A stretch of 64,000 nt of DNA from Paraphysomonas bandaiensis (GCA_965644295.1 CBFFRP010000395.1:186001-250000), one strand, 5' to 3'. Numbered from the stretch's first letter, positions 1 to 13,364 are shown. Numbers and translations are program-made. Notes: generated from the letters alone by a model not told the origin.

Positions 1-1032
1 CACCCGAAGTGGCCAGTTAATGGAGCTCTTTAGTATATTGCTTGTCAAATAATCACCGGAACTAGTTGAGTCTTGGACTAGGAGCTGCGCCTCATCCACT
101 GTCCAATCGTCTCCATCAGGACGAGGAGTCGCTTTGTCGTACTCCAAGTACCTCGAGCTAGACATGCTCATTATTGGGCCAACATCCATAAGCTCAGCTG
201 GCAACAGCTTCACTAGCAGAAGATCTAATTTTTGCTAAGGAACACACGTGAGTTGGTATACAGCAAATTGAATATTGTCTACCTTATCTCGTGCACAGTT
301 GACTGCACACTCATAGTAACCGAGTGGAAAGTCGGAATGTAGCAGATACTCATGATACCCTACTACCTTGAATATGTACCCCTCCATACCGTTTTCGTCA
401 AGCGCCCGACCGTTACGTATCTGAAATTTCTTGAAAAGTCCTACCATCATCTTTCCGACTGTGTCCCCAAGTGTTTGTCGCATGGTAATGGAGGATATGG
501 TATCAGCGGAGGGATCGTCAGACATGCCTTTCGGGAGTCGTAGCACAACTTGTAGAGCTGACGACTCGGAAAAAGGTTGCTTGACATCCATATATTCCGG
601 ATAGTTAAGCATCGCAGCGTAATCAGTGCTAACCTGAAGCCCCCGCCTGTCAATCCACTGGGTAAGTCGCTCCTTAGTCGACAACACGTAGTCGGAGAAG
701 AAGACGTCGCGATTGGGAACATCATCAAATCCAGCTAGTTTCTCCGTCTCATCCACTGGAGTCCGTTTCTTCTCTGCTTCGAGTGTAATTTTCTCAAAAA
801 TTTCGTTAGTTTGATCCACTTCAAAGGGATTACACCAAGTCGACACATCGCTCAGTGCATCAACATAATAAGCTTGGCCAGAATCAGGGTGTAGCTTGAC
901 CGTCCATCTCTCCATACAGACACTTTCCTCTGCTGTCGCATCGTCTGCTGCAGTGTCTCGATCGGTCTCTACACTCACAACAGACCTCTCACTAGACTGT
1001 CTTTCGGGCTTAATTTCTCCTTTCTCACTCAC
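1..1032 (-). CDS. N-terminal part of a WW-domain + PI3K Ras-binding-like domain protein (probable class I/II PI3-kinase); runs off the left edge
   Basis: WW motif WTVKLHPDSGQAYYVDALSDVSTWCNP. YIFKVVGYHEYLLHSDFPLGYYECAVNCAR resembles the PI3K Ras-binding domain. The true start codon is unresolved (probably an upstream exon) and the kinase domain is not in the window. Confidence 0.6.
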
Positions 1033-1420
1033 TGTACTTTCAATCTATACATTCACATATTATGACCCATCACATATATAACACACAACATATATACATA
1101 CACATCTATATATACATACACATCTATATATACATACATACATAGTGCTGTATCTATCTATTTCTCATACCAGTTTGTTAATCGTATCTGCAGATAGATA
1201 CCAACTCGATGACTGTGTTTGTGAATTATAGAAATATAAATCACGTCCTGAGCTAGTAGGGACATAAGGGTCTTGAACCATAGTGATATAGAGATATACG
1301 GGTGCCCTAATGTGATGTGAGGACAGTGGTGAGGTGTGATATTAGGTTAAGGTTAGTGTCAAGTAGTTATGTGTGATATAGTTAGCGAACTGCTGTATAT
1401 ATATGTACACAGCAGTATGT

Positions 1421-1824
1421 ATACATACATACATACATACATACATGCATACATACATGCATACATACATACATACATACATACATACATACATACATAC
1501 ATACATACATACATACATACATACATACATACATACATACATACATACATACATACATACATACATACCTACATACATACATACATACATACATACATAC
1601 ATACATACCTACATACATACATACCTACATACATACATACCTACATACATACATACATACATACATACATACATACATACATACATACATACATACATAC
1701 ATACATACATACCTACATACATACATACATACATACATACATACATACATACATACATACATACCTACATACATACATACCTACATACATACATACATAC
1801 ATACATACATACATACATACATAC
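1421..1824 (+). repeat. (ATAC)n microsatellite with occasional CTAC/ATGC variants
   Basis: Directly visible tetranucleotide array between two divergent genes. Confidence 0.98.
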
Positions 1825-1919
1825 GTACAGGTACAGTACTATGATATGATGATATGTTATCTCTGGCATGTAATTGTCATATCCACCCCCCCCACAACAT
1901 ATCAATCCTCCTCTAACCA

Positions 1920-4040
1920 ATGAACCTATACATACATTTCCTTCTAACTATCTCTCTATTCATCTCTCCATATACTCTAGCTCATATCCCTGTCCCATTC
2001 TTCTCACATACACCTGTATATAACCATATAGATCATCCTATAGATCAAAATGTAGATGTGTTAGTAGCTGGTGGTGGATTAACTGGTTCATCTGCTGCTT
2101 TTTATTTAAATAAAAAAGGATTAGATGTGTTAGTAACAGAAGAGAGGAGTGATGTAGGGGGATGTCTGGTCAGCAACTCAGGTGACAACTTATATATATA
2201 TATGTGTGTATGTATATATGTACGTACTGCATATGTGTATATACGTATATGTTTTACATACATGTATGTATATATATCTGGTATATATCTTGATCAGTCA
2301 TGACATTTACTGTTAATCAAGGTAGCGGTTTTCAATGGGAAGAAGGGGCGAATTCTTTTCAGCCAAGCATTTCAATATTGCGATTTGCTAGAGATATTGG
2401 ACTTCTTAATGACCTTGTATTAGCTAATCCGAGTCTTCCACGCTATGTGTACTGGGATGGCACTCTTCATGCTGTGCCTATGTCTTTTTCTGCTCTGTTT
2501 AAATCGAAACTTCTCTCATGGAGAGCTAAGCTACGTGCCGTGCTTGGGGCAATCGGTTTTGTGTCCAGGCGCCCGACCAAGGAAGAGTCTATTCGAGAGT
2601 TTGCTATTCGGCATTTTGGTAGATAACTTTGATCTAAGCCCCATCAATGTTTCATATATGGCTTAATTCAGGAGAGGAAGTGTACACTCGTTTGGTGGAT
2701 CCGTTCATATCAGGTGTATATGCGGGAGATCCAACGCAGTTGAGCATGAAAGCGGCCCTGAATAAGGTACACGCTGTTGTTTCGTGTGTTTACACCACTA
2801 ATAGTCTGTAGCTTTATGCTCTGGAGGATCAGGGCTTAACAAGAGGAGTGCTGGAGGGAGCAGTGGTGCAGATGCTCAGGGTATGTGTGTAGCTGCTCTT
2901 CTTTAAGGTGCTGATGGCACACAGAGGAGATTATCTAAAGAAAAAGTGGCTACCAAAAGAGACGGCGACGAATTATTGCCCAATGTTCCCGCTGGGTCTT
3001 TGGGGTCTTTTCGAGGGGGCCTTCAGGATATTCCTCGACAGGTACGTTTTCTCCCAGTTCTCCAGTAGCTGTATTTATGAAATATTCAGATACATCGTAT
3101 ATTAGGCGAAAAAGTGTGTACTGCAACCTCTCTGGAGCGATTGGATAGAGTAGGTGACCGATGGATTTGCACGCTTCGCTCTGGGGGGAGATATGTATGT
3201 TGTTATATATCATTTTTTGATTATACATGTGTAATACGATTTTTGACTACAGAAGCAAGTCGGAGCGAGATCGGTATTACTCACTCTACCTGCGTACACA
3301 ACTGCTGCTCTACTGGCTGGAGAGGGTGGCCCTCTCGCAGCCGCGAATATTCTCAATAATATTTCGTATCCTCCTGTAGCTGCAGTAGTAACTTCCTATC
3401 CAGATTCTGCATTTAATGTATTCTCTCTAAAGTGCATTGGTTGCCTGATTGACACTGCGTTTCCTGTAGGTAAAACCAGTCGGCTTTGGCCACCTTCTTC
3501 CTCGTGCAGCTGGAATTAGAACGCTAGGTACGATTTGGGCTTCTACACTCTTCCCGGTACGGCCATTTATTACTTACATATATTGGCGTTTTGTTTAACC
3601 AGGTTAATAACCGGATGTAGAATCGCGCACCCCCTGGAGAGCACGTGATGGTTAGCTTCATTGGAGGAGCGCAGGACTCGTCAATAGCGAACCTATCGAC
3701 CGATGAACTCATAGCCCAAGTTGATAGTGATTTGCGCCGAGTAGTTCTCAACCCCAATGCCCCGCCACCTAGAGTGCTAGGAGTAAGGATTTGGTCAAAG
3801 GCAATTCCACAGTACAACAAGTATGTGCTAGCGACACTATGTTATAACTCTAACGATAAATATATCAGAAACCATTTAAATATCTGCGAGGAACTGGACC
3901 GAGCCCTTCAAACTACACCTGGACTGTTTGTTGGAGGAAACTTCAAAAATGGTGTTTCAGTGGGTGATTGTATTCAGTTCGGATCTACAGTATCATCAAA
4001 GATATATGAATATTTATCAAGTTCCTGCTCACCGCAATGA
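1920..4040 (+). CDS. PPOX: Protoporphyrinogen oxidase (HemY/PPOX type), multi-exon, with N-terminal signal peptide (probably plastid-targeted)
   Basis: FAD-binding [30 protein letters not shown] (exon near 2700), GFGHLLPR, W-x-KAIPQY and GVSVGDC; about 9 short GT-AG introns; hydrophobic N-terminus. Confidence 0.93.
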
Positions 4041-4354
4041 AGTATATGATGCTATGGAATCATTTGCATAAGAGTAATACATTTTATTGTCGAAGGAGCC
4101 GTATGTAGATTGTATAAGTATCGAGGGGACTATTCACGACGTTTTAGTATATCACTCTGAAGCTAAACTAGTCTAGATCAACCGCACCGATTTTGCTTTT
4201 TCTAAGTGTCTATTACTACCACGTTCGGGGGTAGTATAAATTACTGTGAATATTAGTAGTTTTCAGTTATGGGTACTGTGTAAAAAGTAAAAAACATAGT
4301 TGAAATAAGACGACGCCATTTTGAGTGCAGTATTTCCCCTGAAGCCTTGCAAAT

Positions 4355-4619
4355 AATAAAGAATTGATCTTTATAATAGTAAAACAATGTTGTGATTATT
4401 AGAGTGTAAGTAATGAACACGATAGAGTGAAAATTATGAATAACAATATAGAACGTACTATCATGCACAACGGAATAGTTAGAAGTGTAACTGATAATGA
4501 CGACGTTATGATGACGATCACGTATCTTCGACAGATACTCTCTCTAATTCAGTTCATGGTATATTTCATTGAACATTATAACTCACAGATACAATCATGT
4601 GTTAAGCTGAATCCTAATA
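4355..4619 (-). repeat. Copia 3' LTR (265 bp)
   Basis: Direct repeat of 9801-10065, preceded on the minus strand by the purine tract GAGGGGGCG. Confidence 0.95.
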
Positions 4620-4628
4620 CGCCCCCTC
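4620..4628 (-). other. Copia polypurine tract
   Basis: Minus strand GAGGGGGCG abuts the 3' LTR. Confidence 0.8.
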
Positions 4629-4820
4629 AATGAAATAATTAGTGAACCGTAGATAATAGAGAGAATATGAACTTATGCACACTGAGAGTAAAAACCAGAG
4701 TAGCAGTCACTAGTCAATAATAAGCGAACTGCAGAGATGCCATATTGTGAGACCATCCTTCTAGTCCAGCATCATGTATTGAATAAAAGTAAAAAAAAAA
4801 TGGTAAAAACTCCGTGTAAC

Positions 4821-7800
4821 TCAAACTAGCCACCTAGGTCGCTTGTGGCTTGTTAATTGTGATTTAGGTGTCTCTGAGGTTGTTGATCGCTTCCTGTTGT
4901 TGCTGGATGGGATGTCGAACCCAGCTCCCCCCATCAATGTAGTTCGCAATTGAAGAAAATTAGTTGCTCCTAGTGGTTTCGTGAGAAGATCGGCTAACAT
5001 TGACGTGGTGGGAATATGGTCAACAGTCAATTGGTTTTCGGCAATATTTTCTCGAATGAAATGATACCGTATCGCAATATGTTTCGTACGACGATGATGA
5101 GTAGGATTGTAACATAATTGGACTGCCCCTTTATTATCGCACCAAATAGTTGTTGAGAATGGAAGTTTGAAACCAATTTCTGATAATAAAGAGCGTAGCC
5201 ATAATGCTTCCTGAGCTGCTGACGATAGAGCCATATACTCAGCTTCAGTAGATGACAATGCCACAGTTGTCTGTAATCGAGATTGCCATGATATAAGACA
5301 ATTACCTATGAAGAATGTAAAGGCTGTAGTGGACCGACGAGTGAGGTGACACCGTGCCCAATCGCTATCGCAGTATCCTGACAATGTTATGTGGGATCCA
5401 GAATATATCAATCCTTGCTTAGCAGTGCCTTTGAGATACCTAAGAACATGTAACGCAGCATTACAGGTAGTTAGATTAGGCATATCAGAAAATCTGGCAA
5501 GAGTATTGACTGCATAGGCGATATCCGGTCGAGTGCATACAGCTAGATACATTAGGGAACCTATGAGCTCCTTGTAGGGGAAATTCTGAACATAACTTTG
5601 ATTTGACTCTGAAAGATGATTGTATTCATGTAAATCATAGTTGAAAGACAGTAACATAGGTGTTGACATGGGTTTACTGTTAGACATGTTGAATTTGTCC
5701 AGTAACTTTCTGACGTACTGCTCCTGACTGAGAGTCGTGATATTTTTGTCAAAATCTTGATGAATGGAGATGCCCAAGTAATAGTCTAGGAGTCCGAGGT
5801 CCGTAATTTCGAACTTTTTGGATAAATGGTCTTTGAATTGTTGGATATCAGTGTCGGATGTAGATGCTATAATAATATCATCCACATACATGGCTATTAG
5901 CATAATCCTGCCATTAATCTGCTTTTTGAATATACACGGGTCAGATATTAGTCTGGTGAAACCCATATCTAGCATAAAATTTGTACAGCACTTATACCAG
6001 TTAAGACCTGCTTGCTTTAGACCGTAGATGCTTTTCATCAGTTTGAGGACTTTTCCGTCAGAGACGTCCATGCCAGGAGGGGGATACATGTATATGTTCT
6101 CTTCGAGGTCAGCATTGATGTACGCAGTTGTGAAATCGATTTGGTGCAATTTGAGTTTCATAATAGTCGAAAGGGCAATAATTGTACGTAGTGATGTAGC
6201 CTTCGCGACGGGGCTGTATGTATCATTATAATCGATGCCTTGGATTTGAGTAAAACCCTGTGCGACCAGTCGAGCCTTGAATTTGATATCATTCTGTTTT
6301 CTTTTTATTTTGAATATGAGTTTCCCCTTTATGGCTCTTGCTCCAGGTGGTAACGCAGTGTATCTCCAGCATCCTTTCCTCTGAAGAGTGGATATTTCTC
6401 TATTGATAGCATCGATCCACTGCTGTTTATATTTACCTGAAATAGCATCTTGAACACTCTTTGGTGTATCGGTTAGCTCGTCAATGTCATCGCAATTACT
6501 GATAGCATGCATAACAATATCAATATTGTTTGTATGTAATTTTGATATACATTGTGTGTCATGTGCCATATGATTTACTACATGTTTAGCATTTACATCA
6601 CATGTATATACACCATCACCTAGTTTGTGTATATTTACAATTACCCGTTTCCTGGCCATTCTCCTGCTTCGGAGAACACTCTTTCTACCAGCTAAAAATT
6701 GTTGTTTTGCTGTAGCACGGACCTTACTTGGCCCTTCAGGTGTACCCTGATTTTCCCAATCTCCCGATGAATCAGCAGACTTGTTACCGCGTTTGGCCAT
6801 ACGCTGGTGCACACGATCCACTTGACCGTGTGGTGCCGGATTCGGCACTAGATTCCCATTGAATTGTTTCGGAGGGCGAGTCTTCGCTATCTTTGCATCG
6901 GAGTGGGTAGGTTCACACCGATGGCTGCTGATTCTCTCCTGCGCGGCATCATGATGTCTGAGATTCTCGCCACTCCCCCTGGAAGTAGCGGCTGGCGCTG
7001 GAGATCCAATAACTGTATCGGGGTTTTGATCTGATTTGCTGGATTTATGTATTGGGGTTTTCGATCGAGACGTAATACATTTGAGACCAACTGCTTTGAG
7101 TTCTATGTATTCTTCAGTGTACTTTTCGACGTCTGCAGCATGAATGGGGTCGTCGAGCTGGATTAGTCGTGTAGTGTCACCGCTGTCGTCCACTAGACCA
7201 CGATACGCTGCGATTAATCCTTTTCTGAGCTTTATTTGAGTCGTTACATATGTTAATCCATCGTCTGGATCTACATGAGCTAGACCTATGAGATATTTGA
7301 AACTTTCTACTGTCCTGGTGGTCTCATTCTCCCTGAAGATCTCATTTATCTCCTTAAAATATCTCTTATCCGCTGGTGGAACACATTCGTTGAAAAATAC
7401 ATGTCCTGATATAACAAAATCTCTTAATGCGGGAACAAAGGCTATATATCCAGGACCATCCTCTCGATAGCCCATAAAATACCCAGGCCAGCTATGTCTG
7501 TCCCAGTTGTTCTTTCGGAGACTGGAATCGATATTCACAAAGCATTTACATCCCCATATTCTGGCATAACTCAAGTCTGGTATTTCGTTTTCGATGAATT
7601 GGAGTGGGGACATAAATCCTTTAGCTGTTTGACACGGTAACCTGTTCTTGATGTGTATTGTCGCCCTTGAGGCTTGTTCCCAGAAATTCGGTGGGAGTCC
7701 AGAGTCGATAAGGCTGCTGAGTGCTCGTTCTTTAGTTGTCCGCCATGATCGCTCTTGGAATGGGTTATCCTCAGGGGTATACGGGGAGTTGAAAGTCCAT

Positions 7801-9016
7801 GTAGCCCCTATTGATTGAAGATACTCTAGAACTTTTTTTGATACCAGTTCCTTCCCGCCATCCGCATGATAATGTTGTAGGCGTTTGCCTTTACTATGTA
7901 GATACATAACAACTTTCTGGATGGATTGGATGACAAAATCTTCATCTCTCGTTGGTCCGTAGGAGTCCCATTGGTGTCTGGAAGCTACATCAGTCATCCC
8001 GAGTATGTAACGGTTGCCAGTAATGATTGCCTCTGGTGCATGAGGTCCAGAAAAATCGGCTACTACTAGCTCCCCCAGCTCATTCGCTCTTCTTACACGC
8101 TTGAGCAGCATTTGTCTGATAGCGTGTCTATGTTTTCGGCGATGAGATTTACCACTAGCACAACCATCACATAGGCCACCCGGTAAAGAAGTAGCATTCA
8201 TCTCCGACTTCGTTAACTTAATACCCGTTACTAATTTTGACTGTACAGCTTTCTGTATGAGTCCAATTGAAGAATGTGCCAATCTCTTATGTGCTAGGGT
8301 TGCGAGTGGGCCTGAAGCAGTTGAAGCAAGGTGGGATTCGTCAATAGGAGTACCGAGGTCTGTTAACGGAATTTCATATAGGCCTCCAACTCTCTTACCC
8401 TTTGATAGCAGTATTTCATCTTTATATATCTCAACTGATTGGTTTCCGAACAAGATTTTATACCCTAGGTCATCTAATTGGCTGATGGACACGAGTGTTC
8501 TTGAAGCATGGTCCACGTGCTTGCACTTGGGGATAATACCAAGTCTTCCATGTCCTGAAGAGGTCATAGTTGATCCTGACTTAGCTGTTTGAATGTCGGT
8601 GAGGCATTCCTCATAATTGGTGATGTATCCGGCTTCAGGTGTGATGGAGACTGTGCAGCCAGAATCAAGGGTCCCCATTCCGGCTTCTTGATCAAAAACG
8701 AAGTTCGTTTCGTCGTTTGTTGGATATCCGACTCCTCCGAAGTCTCGTCCTTTCTGTTGTAGTGGACCACTGTCTTCATAATCTGCAAACTGGTCGGATT
8801 CGTCGTTTTCAGTGCTCTGGTGGGTCTGGAATCTAACTTTTTTGAATTTCCTACTGGTTGATTTGTTTCCAGAGGAATTCTTCATCTGTTGGATTCTTTC
8901 CCATGAGTGTTTGCATTCTGAAGCGATGTGTCCTTTTCCATCGCATCGGAAACACTTAATGTCCTTGTCAGTTCTCGGTTTCTGAAAGATGTCCCCTTTT
9001 TGCGCTTGGAATTCAC
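4821..9016 (-). CDS. pol: Copia zinc knuckle + pol polyprotein (PR, IN, RT, RNase H); frame is open ~130 nt upstream of the ORF-track ATG
   Basis: CFRCDGKGHIASEC (CCHC) upstream of the ATG at 8885, LDSG protease, H..H..CDGC and D..D..E integrase, YVDD RT, YCDSDW RNase H. Confidence 0.93.
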
Positions 9017-9790
9017 TTTACTTTTGAAAAATGGGGGTTTTGAGGCTGCAAGCTGAATACTGTCGGTTTTTGTTTCTTCGTTGCTTGACAAGAGCATTCC
9101 AACAGACGAGCTTCCTAATCCGCGTAGTCTGCGAATGAGTGTTTTGTAGTCATCGATAGGGTGCATCTGCAGGTTGATCGCCAGTTCACGATACGTCATA
9201 TTTTCTTTGGATACCAGGCCTTGTCGAATGCGTGAGATGAGATCTTGGTCACTTATCCGATGACCATAATTAATCAGCTTGTTTCGGAGCTTTTCGACAG
9301 CGTCAAGAAAGTTGATTATCGACTGACCTTTTTTGATTTTTATGCTCTGAAACTGGCCAATCAGATCAGTGATGACGTCGTTAGTCGTTTTTTCTTTGAA
9401 GTGGTTGAGCAAGTCCGTCCAGGCGGTTTTACCGTCTCCATCGGGGACGTTCTCCAAAATCCCTTCAGCCTCTTCATTCTGACCAATGATAGAGCTTGCA
9501 ATGACTGACCATAGGTAGTTATTACCTTCATCATAATATCGTTTCGCATCCTGATACTGTTCGAGTCGATACTGGTAGTCCTCGTCATCTGAGTTTTCTC
9601 CTGCTTCAGGCTCAATTGGGTGATCGTTCTGTAGAGTATAAACGATCTTAGGCTTGCGATAGAACCATGCACGGCACTTCTTCTGCCACCTGGAGAAGTT
9701 CTTCGCATCGAATTTTGGCATTGAGTCCTTTCGCTTGTCGGTTGTCGAATCCGAGTCGGTTGAGTCGTAACTTGTAACTTTAACTGACAT
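8882..9790 (-). CDS. gag: Copia gag (UBN2-like capsid region)
   Basis: KFDAKNFSRWQKK, DGKTAWTDLLNHF, and the FLDAVEKLRNKL..G..ISDQDLI pattern of copia Gag. Confidence 0.88.
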   Translation of the reverse strand: MSVKVTSYDSTDSDSTTDKRKDSMPKFDAKNFSRWQKKCRAWFYRKPKIVYTLQNDHPIEPEAGENSDDEDYQYRLEQYQDAKRYYDEGNNYLWSVIASSIIGQNEEAEGILENVPDGDGKTAWTDLLNHFKEKTTNDVITDLIGQFQSIKIKKGQSIINFLDAVEKLRNKLINYGHRISDQDLISRIRQGLVSKENMTYRELAINLQMHPIDDYKTLIRRLRGLGSSSVGMLLSSNEETKTDSIQLAASKPPFFKSKVNSKRKKGTSFRNRELTRTLSVSDAMEKDTSLQNANTHGKESNR

Positions 9791-9800
9791 CTCGCTACCA
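9791..9800 (-). other. Copia primer-binding site TGGTAGCGAG (probably initiator tRNA-Met)
   Basis: TGG immediately after the 5' LTR; TGG-T-A fits CCA, discriminator A73 and the A1:U72 pair of initiator tRNA. Confidence 0.75.
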
Positions 9801-10065
9801 AATAAAGAATTGATCTTTATAATAGTAAAACAATGTTGTGATTATTAGAGTGTAAGTAATGAACACGATAGAGTGAAAATTATGAATAACAATATAGAAC
9901 GTACTATCATGCACAACGGAATAGTTAGAAGTGTAACTGATAATGACGACGTTATGATGACGATCACGTATCTTCGACAGATACTCTCTCTAATTCAGTT
10001 CATGGTATATTTCATTGAACATTATAACTCACAGATACAATCATGTGTTAAGCTGAATCCTAATA
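9801..10065 (-). repeat. Copia 5' LTR (265 bp)
   Basis: Direct repeat of 4355-4619, followed on the minus strand by PBS TGGTAGCGAG. Confidence 0.95.
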
Positions 10066-10722
10066 CAAATCAGAAGCAATAATTAAATTAGGACTATCTT
10101 TATTCAATACTTATGAAACAACGAGCGAGGGACGACGTAGCTATATATGGCTTAAGATTTTTAAGCCAATATAATACCACGTATAGAAAGAGCAACAAAT
10201 TATAAGCTCAGATGGTATGATACATTTCCTGTCTTCATAGTATGTCTTAAGGTGTTAAATTTTGTTGTATGGTATGATGTAGATATATATCGTGCAATTG
10301 AGAAGTGAACTAATAATGTACAATAGGTGAAGCCAACACGTAGAAGTGTTTATACAGTAGGCGAAATTATACATTTCTAAAATTTCAGCGAGGACACAGT
10401 TACAACGAAACTTCTTCAGCAATAAACAACGAATATCAAACTACTTTATTTTATGTATATAAAGGAGCTATATAGCAATTCCATAATCTATTCTATAATA
10501 TTATCCCCGAACCCACTGTCCTTAACTTTACACACTTTCCAATATGGATTCGTGTCATATACAAACTTATCGAGGTCAAAAGCCACCACGTTGAGGGAAC
10601 ATATAACAGGCACCAGTACACTGAAGTAGTGTGCTCAAACTGTATAGGGCAATTAAAAGTCAAAGTGTTAATCTGAGTGCAAGAAGTGACATAACGTCGT
10701 CACACTGCTGTAAGGGAGGAGT

Positions 10723-11796
10723 CTACTTAGACCCCATAGAGCCATGCTGAATAACTCCAGAACCATTCAACGGAGAGTCCTTAGCTTTCACTCTATCACT
10801 CTGTGATACATATTGTTGCTGCTGTGGATTGTGGGTAGGTCCTCCACTAACCATCTTCCGTCCAGTCACCGATCCAGCGATTGAAGTAAAAGTTTCATGA
10901 CAATTGGAAAAGAAAAGTCCAAGAGATGCGGTGGCATGCGATAGTGGCACAGCACTAGAAGGAAGAGAGTTGTTGGAAGGTACTGCGGATGGGGTGACAT
11001 CCTTAACGTCCACGTTCTGCCAAGTTGCAGGATTACCAGTACCCTTGAAGACGCCATGGGGATAGGGTGCCCCACGACTGCTATGACGCCCGGGAGGAGC
11101 AGGATAGACACTGCACGACGAAGACGAAGACGAGGAATCACCTGCATTGTCAATTTCAAGCAACATCTCTATGGTATCGTCATCAAGGGTATCCAACCGA
11201 GCTGCTTTTGGGGCTTTGGATGGTCGAGAGTAGTCTCCGTTAACGCCCTGAACTAGGTTACGTTTCAGCATATCCTTTACTTCAGACAGAGCATATGCTA
11301 ACATCTCTACTTGACTCGACAATTCAGAAACTTCTGTTTTCAAGGTTTCAAATTCTTGCGCCGAAGGTCCACTTTCACCGCATGAAATAGAGCGCTTGAT
11401 ATCACCCAATAGATCTGGTCTATCACGTTGAAACAACGGATGTTGAAATTCAAGAACTTTTACATCATCATCCTATATATATATTACATATAACAATATA
11501 TAATTAGATACATATATACTTACAGATATATATGATTTTGTATCAGATTTCACTTTATGAAAACCATAAAAATTTAATTGTCTTACAAATGATGAAAAAT
11601 TATTATGTTTAAAAAATTGTGGTATAATTTTTTCAGCAAATTCAATTGGATCAATAACAATAAATGATTTCCCTGATTGTGTCCATCTTGCTAATTTAGG
11701 ATCACATGAATTTAACATTTCAAATGTTTTTCTTAAAAAGACTGGATGTTCAGCTGATTTTTTACGTTTTCTTGGTGCTTGTGTATGAATATTCAT
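10723..11796 (-). CDS. Heat-shock transcription factor (HSF DNA-binding domain + coiled coil); intron 11473-11523
   Basis: FLRKTFEML, W..SGKSFIV, FFKHNNFSSFVRQLNFYGFHKV; splicing joins to EFQHPLFQRDRPDLL. Confidence 0.93.
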
Positions 11797-13364
11797 ATAT
11801 ATATATAGAAGTGATTATATGATATATGATTTTATAGGATTATATAATAGTGTTAATAGAGATATGGATGGACTATGTCTCTCTCTCACTCTCTCTTTCT
11901 CTCTCTTTCTCTCTCTTTCTCTCTCTCTATGTATGTATTTGTATAGCACTCATATGCTTATATGCCTGTATGTATATATATTTAAAGTACGTATTTACTA
12001 AGTTGTAGTTACACACATACTACCATACCACCATATAAATATCTGGATATGGAGTATCAGAGGAGACCTAATTTTGATAGCATTTCGAGGTATATGATTG
12101 GTTGAGATGAATGAAGTGGGCGAATAATATTCTTGAAAATTTTTTTAAACTCCATATCAAATGCTGTTGAGACCATAAAAATCACCCCTTTTTCGTTGTC
12201 TTAATCATAAAAAAATAGAATATTACCAAAAAGCCTTGTTTTTTGCCGGATATATACAGTATATTGGACATTGGATATATTCATATGAATCTTTCTGTTA
12301 CATATCAATGATAAGATAAACGATAGACGCCATTATTAGCATTTAGTAAGTGACTTATAACAGAGACAGTGTAATTGAGATGCTGAATCAGGACTCTATG
12401 ATGTTTACATGATGTGTCTGACCTTGACTGTGAGTTACATGTTACCACTATACACCTGGCACTCTATAATATGCATATATATAGGTGTAGTGTTCTTTTA
12501 AATACCCCAGTTATAATTTTGATTGTATAACTTGTTTAAATGTTACCTTGTTTCTCTAGTTGAGAGAAATCCCATCGATTAGTTTGATATCTAGTTGAGA
12601 TATGATGCAGATGAATGACATAGTTATGTTCCAATCGTACTATGTAGCGGAGATATTGACCCCAAAGAGCTTATTATATTACCAGTAGCCGTAGTCATGC
12701 ACATGTAATATTATTAAATAATTGTTTTGGGCAACAGTTTTATTTGGATGACTGTAACCGCAGTCTCTGGGATAGAATATAGAAGTGATAGACATCTTTA
12801 TGGGTTTATAGTCTATTTTTCACACTAAACGTATATACGTATATACTATCGACACATATTTTGTTTACTATTTTTATAGGCTTAAATACAAATAATTTAT
12901 TAGCAACCATTGCAACTTTATCAAGCCAGGATTAAGACTTACAGATAATATCAACTCAACAACACTAGCCGCCCGGATTAGCTTTTAAGAATCCACCATT
13001 GGTGATGGCCTACTGTTTTCTTGCACTACACTTTCACGATATTTACGGAAACTTATTCAATTATTTATTTTGCGGTCGATACTTCATGAAATGTAAGTAA
13101 GTTAATCGTTGTCTTTGCGATGGAATCTTTGTATATTGCGGATATGTCACCTTACATTTTACATGATATCTACTTGTACTAAACTAGTGTTGAGGGGAAT
13201 TTAGGGGTTGTCAGAGAGAGTACGCAGTGCTAACAATCAATGAGATTTAATGTAAAACGCTATTTGTTCTCAATTAATATTATTCAACAAACAAGTAATC
13301 ACCAACTGAGCATACTTTCCATGCTAACGCTACAGCAGTAACTGCTGCATGAAATCAACGCACA

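Larger units (their letters stand above)
4355..10065 (-). mobile_element. Full-length Ty1/copia LTR retrotransposon
   Basis: Two 265-bp LTRs with no differences seen; 5-bp TSD CAAAT at 4350-4354 and 10066-10070; PBS and PPT present; domain order gag-PR-IN-RT-RH. Confidence 0.97.

Noticed and set aside
1342-1923. ORFs of MYVC/HTYI repeats
   Set aside because: Translations of the (ATAC)n microsatellite, which lacks stop codons.
4096-4130. GAGCCGTATG resembling group II intron domain V
   Set aside because: The complementary 3' arm (..ACGTACGGTTC) is absent.
4427-4633. Duplicated 68/69-aa ORF (also 9873-10082)
   Set aside because: Lies inside the copia LTRs on the antisense strand; duplicated only because the LTR is.
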